This document shows, piece after piece, positions 54,976 through 64,000 of a stretch of 64,000 bases of DNA. The notes below the pieces were generated by a model that did not search any database, had not been told where the DNA came from, and saw nothing but the letters and a program-made list of their open reading frames with translations. The first letter of the stretch is position 1; every line of letters begins with the position of its first letter. Source of the stretch: an uncultured Bacteroidales bacterium. Its GTDB lineage: Bacteria > Bacteroidota > Bacteroidia > Bacteroidales > UBA3663. A program made the translations under genes and the position numbers. The DNA is taken from positions 98,054 through 162,053 of the forward strand of contig CAMPAQ010000002.1 of assembly GCA_946631995.1 (NCBI GenBank), given 5' to 3'.

Positions 54976-57900
54976 ATGAAAAAGATTCTCGGTCTCGACC
55001 TTGGCACAAACAGTATCGGCTGGGCGGTGGTGAATGCGGAGGAGAAACTCCGCGATAATGAAACTTCATATCTTCAACCTATAGGAATAAGTTCGGCTGG
55101 CAGTCGCATCATTCCGATGGACGAAGGTGTGCTTGGCGATTTTGACAAAGGTAATACAAAGTCTCAAACTAAGGACAGAACCGACAAACGTGGCACACGT
55201 CGTTTGCTGGAGCGTTATCTTCTGCGCCGTGAACGACTTTTGCGTGTGTTGAAACTGATGAAGTTTCTGCCAGAACACTTTGCTTCTCATATAAATGAAT
55301 ATGGTAAATTCATAGATGATAGCGAACCGAAGATAGCATGGCGAAAAGGTTCTGATGGTAAATTTGAATTCATTTTCAAAGATTCATTCAATGAGATGCT
55401 TGCAGATTTTTCCAAAAATCAGCCGCAACTTTTAGCCGGCGGCAAGAAAGTACCATACGACTGGACAATCTACTATCTGCGTAAGAAAGCTTTGTCGCAA
55501 AGGCTGACAAAAGAAGAACTTGCTTGGATTCTGCTGCAATTCAACCAAAAACGCGGCTATTACCAGCTCCGTGGTGAGGAAGAAGAGGAAGTACAAGATA
55601 AGAAAGTTGAGTTCATGGCTCAAAAAGTTGTTCGTGTTGAGACAACTGACGAGAAAAAGGGCGATGATGTTTGGTATAATGTCTATCTCGAAAACGGAAT
55701 GATTTACCGCCGTTCAAGTCGCATTTCGTTAGATTGGGAAGGTAAAATCAAAGAGTTCATTGTGACAACTGACCTTGAAAAAGATGGTTTGCCAAAGAAA
55801 GACAAGGAAGGCAACATCAAACGTTCGTTCCGTGCACCCAAAGAGGACGATTGGACTTTGCTCAAAAAGAAGACAGAGTTTGACATTGACAATAGCAACA
55901 AGACTGTTGGCTGCTACATCTACGATGCCTTACTACAGAATCCTAATCAGAAGATTGTTGGCAAACTCGTGCGCACAGTAGAGCGTAAATATTATAAAGA
56001 CGAACTTCGTCAAATCCTTGATATTCAGAGAGCCTTGATGCCGGAACTTCAAGACGAAAATCTTTACAAGGCTTGCATCGAAGAACTCTATCCAAATAAT
56101 GAGGCGAATCGCAACAATATTGCAAAGCCCGACTTCGCCAATTTGTTCATCAACGATATTCTGTTCTATCAGCGTCCGCTAAAGAGCAAAAAGTCGCTCA
56201 TAAGCGATTGCCCGTATGAATCGCATTTCGACAAGGATGGTATTGAGCATCCGATAAAGTGCATCGCCAAGTCGAATCCGCTTTTCCAAGAGTTCCGTTT
56301 GTGGCAGTTTGTTCAGAATCTTCGTATCTATCAACGAGAAAGAACAATCAGTGATGGCGAATTGGATTTGTTCGGAAATGCTTCTTCGGGCAAACTTGAG
56401 ACGGATGTTGATGTTACTGCCGAATTGCTGAAAACAGAAGATGACTACGTCGCTCTCTTCGATTGGCTCAACGACCGAGCTACGATAAAGCAAGATACTC
56501 TGCTCAACTCATATTTCAAGTTCAAAAAGGAGAAGGGCAAAGACCAATATCCATATCGTTGGAACTACGTAGAGGATAAGGAATACCCGTGTAACGAAAC
56601 TCGTGCCGAGATTCTGAAAGGATTGGGCAAATGTGGCGTTGATGTCAATTTCTTGACGAAAGAACAAGAAATGCAGCTTTGGCATATTCTTTATTCAGTA
56701 GAGGATAAAATCGAAATTGGCAAAGCTCTGAAGAAGTATGCCGAGAAAAACAGTTTGCCCGAATCGTTTGCCGATGTCTTTGCCAAAATCAAGCCGTTCA
56801 AAAAGGAGTATGGCTCATATTCAGAGAAGGCCATCAAGAAATTGCTGCCGCTTATGCGTATGGGCAAATATTGGAGTGCCGATGCCATTGATGCCAATAC
56901 CAAAGACCGCATCAGCAAGATTATCACGGGCGAATATGACGAGAAAATCAAAAATCGTGTTCGCGAAAAGGCTATCAATTTGACCGATGAAAACCATTTT
57001 AGAGGCTTGCCTGTTTGGTTGGCATGCTACATTGTGTATGACCGCCATTCGGAAATAGCTAATAATAAGCCGTGGGAGAAACCTGAAGATATTGACAAAT
57101 ATCTGAAAGATTTCAAGCAACATTCTTTGCGAAATCCAATCGTGGAGCAGGTCGTTACAGAAACGCTCCGCACCGTGCGCGACATCTGGAAGCAGGAGGG
57201 CAACATTGACGAAATTCACGTTGAACTTGGTCGCGAGATGAAGAATCCAGCCGACAAACGCAAGAGGATGACTGAAACTATTCAGCAGAACGAGAATACC
57301 AACTTACGCATCAAAGCAATGCTTATGGAGTTTATGAATCCAGAAATGGGCATTGAGAACGTGCGTCCGTATTCGCCAAGCCAGCAGGATATTTTGCGTA
57401 TTTACGAGGAAAATGCTCTTGATAATCTCACTAAAGACGATAAGGAATTCGAATTTGTAAGTAAGATTTCCAAAACGGCGCAGCCTTCAAAGTCAGATAT
57501 TGTCCGCTATAAATGCTGGTTGGAACAGAAATACTGTTCGCCCTACACTGGCGAGATGATTCCACTTGCCAAACTTTTTACTTCTTCATACGAGATTGAG
57601 CATGTGATTCCACAATCAAGATATTTTGACGACTCGTTCAGTAACAAGGTGATTTGTGAGGCTGAGGTGAATAAACTGAAAGACCGTCAGCTTGGTTTTG
57701 AGTTTATCAAAGCTCACAAAGGCGAAAAAGTTCAGCTTAGCCAAGGTAAAACGGTTGAGATTCTTTCGGTTGAGGCATACGAAGATTTTGTAAAGAAGCA
57801 TTATGCCAATAATCGCACAAAGATGAAGAAATTGTTGATGGACGATATACCAGACGGTTTTATCGAACGCCAGCTAAACGATAGTCGCTACATCAGCAAA

Positions 57901-59607
57901 CTTGTAAAAGGGTTGCTGTCGAACATTGTGCGCGAAAAATTGCCAAATGGAGATTATGAACAGGAGGCTGTTTCAAAGAATCTGATTTCGTGCAATGGTT
58001 CAATTACCGACCGATTGAAAAAAGATTGGGGCATGAATGAAGTTTGGAACGGCATTATCTTGCCACGTTTCCGCCGTCTGAATGAACTAACAGGGAAAGA
58101 TGTCTTTACTGCCATAAGTGCAGAAGGTCACGAAATACCTGCTATGCCGCTCGAACTTCAAAAGGGTTTCAACAAAAAGCGCATCGACCATCGCCATCAC
58201 GCGATGGATGCCATAACTATAGCTTGTGCAACTCGCGACCATGTAAATTTGCTCAACAACGAGGCGGCACATTCAAAGCACAATGCCAACCGTTATCAAC
58301 TTCAGCGCAAGCTCCGTCGATTTGAAAAGACGGTGATTGATGGAAAGGAGCGAGAGGTTGCCAAGGAGTTCTTGAAACCATGGGATTCGTTTACCACCGA
58401 TGCAAAACGAGCATTGGAGAATATCATCGTAAGCTTTAAGCAGAATTTACGCGTAATTAACAAGACAACAAACCACTATCAGCATTTTGACGAAAGCGGC
58501 AAGAAGGTCTTGAAAAAGCAAGAGAAAGGTGACAGCTGGGCGATTCGCAAGTCGATGCACAAAGACACGGTTTTTGGAGAGCTAAATCTGCGCTTTACAA
58601 AAGAGGTGTCATTGAATGATGCGTTGAAAAATCCCAAGACGATTGTCAATAAAGAGTTCAAACATAAAGTGCAAGAGTTGCTTGCACAAGGTCGTGATGC
58701 TAAATCCATAAAGCAGTATGTTGAGGACAATAAAGATGTTTGGTCGGACATTGACATCAAGAAAATAAAGGTTTACTATTATACGCAAGATATAAAAGAC
58801 GAAAACGGCATTGTAAAAGAGCGTTATTTCGCTACACGCAAACCGCTCGACTCGTCTTTCAATAAGAAGAAAATAGAAGAGAGTGTGACCGATACAGGCA
58901 TACAGAAGATCCTTCTTGCACACTTGGAGGCAAAAGGCGGTGATTCAGAATTTGCTTTTTCGCCCGATGGCATTGACGAGATGAACCGCAACATTGTGGT
59001 TTTGAACAATGGGAAATTTCATCAGCCAATACAGAAAGTTCGCGTGTATGAAAAGGCTGACAAGTTCGCTGTTGGACAAAACGGCAACAAGTCTGCCAAG
59101 TTTGTTGAGGCTGCAAAGGGCACAAACCTATTCTTCGCCATTTTCAGTTCTGAAAAATTGAACAAAGAAACTGGTGAGATGGAAAGCGTACGTTCATACC
59201 TTACCATTCCGCTCAATGTGATGATTGATTGCCAAAAGAAATTCGGTTCTCAATGGCGCAATAACATCGAAGCATATTTGAAAGAAAACAACTTAGTCTC
59301 TTCTGATGTTAAACTGTTGTTCATCCTGTCACCCAATGATTTGGTTTATCTGCCAACCAAAGAGGAGATGAAGGATGGAATTAAGGCGGTTGACAAGACG
59401 AGAATTTATAAAATGGTGTCTTCTTCTGGCAATCAATGCTTCTTTATCAATGATAAAGTGGCAAAAACAATTGTTGATAAGGTCGAGTTTACATCATTGA
59501 ATAAAGCGGAGCGCGCTATCACTATCGAAATGATCAAAGAAGTCTGTGTCCCATTAAAAGTCGACCGATTGGGCAATATAGTTGAACTAAACGGACAGAA
59601 GCTATGA
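54976..59607 (+). CDS. cas9: Cas9, type II-C (1543 aa)
   Basis: - RuvC-I: GLDLGTNSIGWAV (D8).
- Arg-rich bridge helix: GTRRLLERYLLRRERLLRVL.
- HNH: YEIEHVIPQSRYFDDSFSNKVICEAEVNKLK (His at codon 876, nt 57601).
- RuvC-III: IDHRHHAMDAITIA.
- cas1 and cas2 lie downstream with no csn2 or cas4. Confidence 0.97.
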   Translation: MKKILGLDLGTNSIGWAVVNAEEKLRDNETSYLQPIGISSAGSRIIPMDEGVLGDFDKGNTKSQTKDRTDKRGTRRLLERYLLRRERLLRVLKLMKFLPEHFASHINEYGKFIDDSEPKIAWRKGSDGKFEFIFKDSFNEMLADFSKNQPQLLAGGKKVPYDWTIYYLRKKALSQRLTKEELAWILLQFNQKRGYYQLRGEEEEEVQDKKVEFMAQKVVRVETTDEKKGDDVWYNVYLENGMIYRRSSRISLDWEGKIKEFIVTTDLEKDGLPKKDKEGNIKRSFRAPKEDDWTLLKKKTEFDIDNSNKTVGCYIYDALLQNPNQKIVGKLVRTVERKYYKDELRQILDIQRALMPELQDENLYKACIEELYPNNEANRNNIAKPDFANLFINDILFYQRPLKSKKSLISDCPYESHFDKDGIEHPIKCIAKSNPLFQEFRLWQFVQNLRIYQRERTISDGELDLFGNASSGKLETDVDVTAELLKTEDDYVALFDWLNDRATIKQDTLLNSYFKFKKEKGKDQYPYRWNYVEDKEYPCNETRAEILKGLGKCGVDVNFLTKEQEMQLWHILYSVEDKIEIGKALKKYAEKNSLPESFADVFAKIKPFKKEYGSYSEKAIKKLLPLMRMGKYWSADAIDANTKDRISKIITGEYDEKIKNRVREKAINLTDENHFRGLPVWLACYIVYDRHSEIANNKPWEKPEDIDKYLKDFKQHSLRNPIVEQVVTETLRTVRDIWKQEGNIDEIHVELGREMKNPADKRKRMTETIQQNENTNLRIKAMLMEFMNPEMGIENVRPYSPSQQDILRIYEENALDNLTKDDKEFEFVSKISKTAQPSKSDIVRYKCWLEQKYCSPYTGEMIPLAKLFTSSYEIEHVIPQSRYFDDSFSNKVICEAEVNKLKDRQLGFEFIKAHKGEKVQLSQGKTVEILSVEAYEDFVKKHYANNRTKMKKLLMDDIPDGFIERQLNDSRYISKLVKGLLSNIVREKLPNGDYEQEAVSKNLISCNGSITDRLKKDWGMNEVWNGIILPRFRRLNELTGKDVFTAISAEGHEIPAMPLELQKGFNKKRIDHRHHAMDAITIACATRDHVNLLNNEAAHSKHNANRYQLQRKLRRFEKTVIDGKEREVAKEFLKPWDSFTTDAKRALENIIVSFKQNLRVINKTTNHYQHFDESGKKVLKKQEKGDSWAIRKSMHKDTVFGELNLRFTKEVSLNDALKNPKTIVNKEFKHKVQELLAQGRDAKSIKQYVEDNKDVWSDIDIKKIKVYYYTQDIKDENGIVKERYFATRKPLDSSFNKKKIEESVTDTGIQKILLAHLEAKGGDSEFAFSPDGIDEMNRNIVVLNNGKFHQPIQKVRVYEKADKFAVGQNGNKSAKFVEAAKGTNLFFAIFSSEKLNKETGEMESVRSYLTIPLNVMIDCQKKFGSQWRNNIEAYLKENNLVSSDVKLLFILSPNDLVYLPTKEEMKDGIKAVDKTRIYKMVSSSGNQCFFINDKVAKTIVDKVEFTSLNKAERAITIEMIKEVCVPLKVDRLGNIVELNGQKL

Positions 59608-60428
59608 GCAACATAAAGCTATTTCAAGACAAAAAAATACGTTCCGTTTGGAACGAAGAAGAGGAGCAATGGTATTTCGTAGTGGAAGATGTGGTTGCCG
59701 CATTGACCGACAGCGCAGACCCGAAACAATACGTCAAGCGCATGAAATTGCGTGATGCAGAATTAGCCAAAGGGTGGGTACAAATTGTACCTATCCTTGC
59801 AGTTCCTACCGCGGGTGGCAGGCAACGTATGAGTTGTGCCAACGTCAAGGGACTTTTCCGCATCATTCAGTCTATTCCGTCACCCAAGGCAGAGCCATTT
59901 AAGCAATGGCTAGCGCAGGTGGGTTATGAACGTATGCTTGAAATTGAGAACCCAGAACTGGCACAAGAGCGCATGAAGCAGCTCTATGAGCAGAAGGGTT
60001 ACCCGAAAGATTGGATTGACAAGCGGTTGCGCGGCATTGCCATCCGTCAGAACCTGACCGACGAATGGAAAAAGCGCGGCATCACCGAGGAGCGCGACTT
60101 CGCCATTCTCACCGCCGAAATCAGCAAGGCGACCTTCGGCATGACGCCATCGGAATACAAGGAATTCAAGGGCTTGACCAAGAAGAACCAGAACCTGCGC
60201 GACCACATGGATGACCTCGAACTTATCTTCACCATGCTCGGCGAACGTGTCACGACTGAAATATCGGAAAAAGAGAAACCCGAATCGTTCACCGAAAGCA
60301 AGAAAATTGCCCGACGTGGCGGCAACGTGGCCGGTACGGCGCGCAAGGCGACCGAAAAAGAGTTGGGCAGAAGTGTTGTGTCGGACAAAAATTTTCTGCC
60401 ATCCGACAAAAAGGAAGAATTGACCTGA
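59604..60428 (+). CDS. Bro-N domain / DinD-like protein embedded in the cas operon
   Basis: 274 aa. The ATG at 59604 overlaps the cas9 TGA (ATGA). The N-terminal part reads KLFQDKKIRSVWNEEEEQWYFVVEDVVAALTDS...RIIQSIPSPKAEPFKQWLA (Bro-N type). The C-terminal part reads KGLTKKNQNLRDHMDDLELIFTMLGE...ARRGGNVAGTARKATEKELG (DinD-like). Confidence 0.85.
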   Translation: MSNIKLFQDKKIRSVWNEEEEQWYFVVEDVVAALTDSADPKQYVKRMKLRDAELAKGWVQIVPILAVPTAGGRQRMSCANVKGLFRIIQSIPSPKAEPFKQWLAQVGYERMLEIENPELAQERMKQLYEQKGYPKDWIDKRLRGIAIRQNLTDEWKKRGITEERDFAILTAEISKATFGMTPSEYKEFKGLTKKNQNLRDHMDDLELIFTMLGERVTTEISEKEKPESFTESKKIARRGGNVAGTARKATEKELGRSVVSDKNFLPSDKKEELT

Positions 60429-60479
60429 ATTCAAATGATTGAACGACAAACCTATTAATCATCAAATATAAATTGACTC

Positions 60480-61747
<1,268 letters not shown>

Positions 61748-61917
61748 TTGGAAAGGCTGGAAACGTCCTAAAATGTCATTTCATCGAATAATGTTTGGCA
61801 TCCAGACTTTTTAAGTTTTTTTCGGCCACTACGCGGATTTTTCGATTTTGAAAGCTTAAGGTGTCAAAAATTTACTGCTTTCAACCGAGCACCCACATTG
61901 ATTTTGGCACAACAGAG

Positions 61918-61963
61918 AAAGAGGAAAACCTTCATTGCTGACGGTTTTCCTCTTTAATTTTTC
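61918..61963 (+). terminator. 13-bp hairpin terminator between the cas operon and the convergently read array
   Basis: AAAGAGGAAAACC (61918-30) pairs with GGTTTTCCTCTTT (61943-55) and is followed by AATTTTTCG. Confidence 0.75.
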
Positions 61964-62026
61964 GTACTTTTTCATTTTCTAAATCATCTTTCAACTTATT
62001 GACTTACAATCCAATACTAACATTGA

Positions 62027-62742
62027 GTTGTTTATGACGATTCAAAAGTACTGATTTTTAAGCAAATCACAACCCTATCGAGCTACTGAGTTTGGCCAGT
62101 TTGTTGTTTATGACGATTCAAAAGTACTGATTTTTAAGCAAATCACAACCAATTATCACAGGATGAGCTTGAATTTTTAGTTGTTTATGACGATTCAAAA
62201 GTACTGATTTTTAAGCAAATCACAACGCGATACAGGCAGGGATTCACCTTCGACCAGTTGTTTATGACGATTCAAAAGTACTGATTTTTAAGCAAATCAC
62301 AACATAAAACAAAAGCCGCGCCTATATGCAGCGGTTGTTTATGACGATTCAAAAGTACTGATTTTTAAGCAAATCACAACGGTAATAGCGACAAATAGCG
62401 TCCAGTAGCGGTTGTTTATGACGATTCAAAAGTACTGATTTTTAAGCAAATCACAACTTACACATTGCAATACCATTCCAGTCACTGTTGTTTATGACGA
62501 TTCAAAAGTACTGATTTTTAAGCAAATCACAACTTCATTTTGTTTATTTTTCTCGAATCATGGGTTGTTTATGACGATTCAAAAGTACTGATTTTTAAGC
62601 AAATCACAACGGCTGCTCGGCGATGAATGTGAGCCGTGCGGTTGTTTATGACGATTCAAAAGTACTGATTTTTAAGCAAATCACAACTGGTTCTCACAAA
62701 CCTCTGAAATGTTACAGTTGTTTATGACGATTCAAAGCAAAT
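62027..62742 (-). CRISPR. CRISPR array: 9 full 47-bp repeats, 1 truncated terminal repeat and 9 spacers (29-30 bp)
   Basis: - The plus-strand repeat is GTTGTTTATGACGATTCAAAAGTACTGATTTTTAAGCAAATCACAAC.
- Full copies start at 62027, 62103, 62180, 62257, 62334, 62411, 62487, 62564 and 62641.
- A degenerate copy lies at 62717-62742.
- All spacers are unique.
- The crRNA sense is the minus strand (GTTGTGATTTGCTT...), as fixed by the tracrRNA anti-repeat geometry. Confidence 0.97.
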
Positions 62743-62755
62743 AGGGTTATGTGGC

Positions 62756-63373
62756 TTACAGCAACGCCTCGATGGCTTTTTCGATCTTCTGAATGTCGTC
62801 GGTCGGCTCAAAACGCTCGATGACATTGCCGTTGCGGTCAATGAGGAACTTGGTGAAATTCCACTTGATGTCGGGATTCTTGTCGTAGTCGGGATCCTGC
62901 TTTGAAAGCATGTCGATCAAGATTTTGCCGATTTTGTGGTTCGGATCGAAGCCGGCGAAACCCTTTTTCGACTTCAGGTAGGCGAAGAGCGGCGACTGAC
63001 CCTCTCCGTTCACCTCAACCTTCTTGAACTGCGGGAACTTGGTCGCGTAGTTCAGCTGACAGAACTGGTGTATTTCTTCCTCCGTGCCGGGAGCCTGTTG
63101 GCCGAACTGGTTGCACGGGAAGTCGAGTATTTCGAGGCCACGCGCCGAATCCTTTTCGTAGAGGGCTTCAAGTTCGGAATACTGCGGCGTAAAACCGCAT
63201 CGTGTGGCCGTGTTGACGATGAGCAGCACCTTACCCTTGTAGTCCGACAGACTAACGTCGTTGTTCTGACGGTCTTTCACTGTGATGTTGTAGATTTCCA
63301 TATCGTTAGATTTATTGCAGGCGACGAGCGCCATGGTTAATAATAAAGAAAGGGATAATAAACTCTTTTTCAT
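62756..63373 (-). CDS. glutathione peroxidase family lipoprotein
   Basis: 205 aa. Motifs are NTATRCGFTPQY, LDFPCNQFGQQAPG and IKWNFTKFLIDRNG. The lipobox reads LLLTMALVAC. Confidence 0.9.
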   Translation of the reverse strand: MKKSLLSLSLLLTMALVACNKSNDMEIYNITVKDRQNNDVSLSDYKGKVLLIVNTATRCGFTPQYSELEALYEKDSARGLEILDFPCNQFGQQAPGTEEEIHQFCQLNYATKFPQFKKVEVNGEGQSPLFAYLKSKKGFAGFDPNHKIGKILIDMLSKQDPDYDKNPDIKWNFTKFLIDRNGNVIERFEPTDDIQKIEKAIEALL

Positions 63374-63410
63374 AGGGTTGTCTTATTTTAAGGGATTGAG
63401 AAGTCGCGCA

Positions 63411-63418
63411 CAAAAATA
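63411..63418 (-). promoter_or_regulatory. -7 box TATTTTTG upstream of the glutathione peroxidase gene
   Basis: The minus strand reads TATTTTTGTGCGCG, 38 nt upstream of the ATG at 63373. Confidence 0.5.
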
Positions 63419-63451
63419 AGTCATTTCCGGCAAGAGGCAAACGGCATCGGC

Positions 63452-63499
63452 TAAAAAATTGCCCGACACTTCAGTTTTGCAGGATTGAAGTGTCGGGCA
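63452..63499 (-). terminator. intrinsic terminator after the partial secreted-protein gene
   Basis: A perfect 14-bp stem TGCCCGACACTTCA / TGAAGTGTCGGGCA (63460-63499) is followed on the minus strand by ATTTTTTAG. Confidence 0.8.
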
Positions 63500-63526
63500 T
63501 GTTGTTATTCGGGTTCAGATGCAGAC

Positions 63527-64000
63527 TTATTCGCCGACATTGAACATTGCGCGGCCGTTGCTGATAACGAAGCCTCGCGTAGCGGACGACTTGCGGCCCT
63601 CAATGTCGTAGATTGTGGTTCCGGCCGATGTAGTCGTCGTGATTTCGCGTAGCGACGATGTGCTTCCGTCGATGGTGAGCGACTCGCTCATGTCGGACAG
63701 CGAACCATGTTCGCCGACGCTCTGGATGCTGACGACGTCACCCATCTGAGCCACGTAGCGGCACTCGGTCGGGAAGGCTACCGGCTTGCCGTTCACGTGT
63801 ACGACGTAGCAGACTGCATATTTGTCGGCCGTCCAGGTGACTTCGGTGTTGGCCTTCATCACGAGCGGAGTCTGCGGCTTATCGACATAGGTCTGCGGTG
63901 TCCAGTAGCCCGAAGCGTTGGCTGAGCCGTCGCCCGCCATGACGTTGTTGAGCGTGTATTCAGCGGCCTCATCGTCGGTCAGGAAGTTCTTGGCGTTGGC
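63527..64000 (-). CDS. secreted protein, C-terminal part only (Fn3/Ig-like module plus T9SS-type tail); 5' end beyond the window
   Basis: The frame of ORF 63527..63940 stays open upstream to nt 64000 (..ANAKNFLTDDEAAEYTLNNVMAGDG..). The tail reads TTIYDIEGRKSSATRGFVISNGRAMFNVGE. Confidence 0.7.
   Translation of the reverse strand, partial: ANAKNFLTDDEAAEYTLNNVMAGDGSANASGYWTPQTYVDKPQTPLVMKANTEVTWTADKYAVCYVVHVNGKPVAFPTECRYVAQMGDVVSIQSVGEHGSLSDMSESLTIDGSTSSLREITTTTSAGTTIYDIEGRKSSATRGFVISNGRAMFNVGE

Noticed and set aside
61956-61990. Sequence TTCGTACTTTTTCATTTTCTAAATCATC between cas2 and the first repeat, which resembles the repeat segment AAGTACTGATTTTTAAGCAAATCAC. It could be a decayed leader-proximal repeat or an alternative anti-repeat.
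   Set aside because: Similarity needs several indels and covers under 60% of positions. The spacing to the first repeat (~38 nt) does not fit the 76-77 nt period. The upstream-of-cas9 anti-repeat is far better (23 pairs).
62074-62716. Self-targeting: I checked whether any of the 9 spacers matches elsewhere in this window.
   Set aside because: By eye I found no match of a spacer or its reverse complement in the window. A proper search against the whole genome and phage databases is still needed.
62717-62760. The terminal degenerate repeat, considered as a possible tracrRNA anti-repeat.
   Set aside because: It is in the same orientation as the other repeats, so it cannot pair with crRNA transcribed from the same strand. 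It lacks any following nexus or terminator, and it runs straight into the gpx stop codon.

Overview
This is a 64-kb chromosomal segment of a GC-rich Bacteroidota (Bacteroidales-type) genome. It has Bacteroides-style TAnnTTTG -7 promoter boxes, SusC/SusD pairs, and several secreted proteins that end in T9SS-type C-terminal sorting domains.

Layout:
- (i) 1-7.5 kb: GH27 alpha-galactosidase (partial, missed by the ORF track), DUF2023, PL1 pectate lyase and RNase R.
- (ii) 7.6-13.8 kb: accessory patch. A low-GC two-ORF cassette abuts a truncated DUF4160 gene. It is followed by DUF2442, two secreted surface proteins, tcdA and an intact DUF4160-DUF2442 pair.
- (iii) 13.9-52 kb: a very large glucuronoxylan-type polysaccharide utilisation locus.
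  - A ~17-kb minus-strand operon reads FAS1 - SusC - SusD - FAS1 - FAS1 - SusC - SusD.
  - It is followed by a separately promoted 1297-aa surface protein, GH115, and a GPH transporter-GH10-GH43-GH67 operon.
  - Also present are a divergent GH43-GH30_8 operon, an OMP and a GH2.
- (iv) 52.5-54.7 kb: type III glutamine synthetase.
- (v) 54.8-62.75 kb: type II-C CRISPR-Cas locus. It comprises a divergent tracrRNA, a 1543-aa cas9, an embedded Bro-N/DinD-like gene, cas1, cas2, and a 47-bp-repeat array with 9 spacers read convergently to the cas genes.
- (vi) Glutathione peroxidase and a partial secreted protein.

I recognised no rRNA, tRNA, transposase or integrase.

Most interesting observations:
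- The Bro-N/DinD-like gene is translationally coupled to cas9 inside the cas operon.
- The CRISPR repeats carry a Bacteroides-type promoter box, and the array directly follows gpx in crRNA sense.
- Three long SD-like/anti-SD-like hairpin elements sit at specific cistron junctions of the PUL operon.
- The PUL is FAS1-rich, has a double SusCD and shows no regulator in the window.
- The GH67 lacks its N-terminal domain.
- Several dispersed REP-like hairpin and motif families are present.

All calls come from reading and hand-translating the sequence. No database search was possible.
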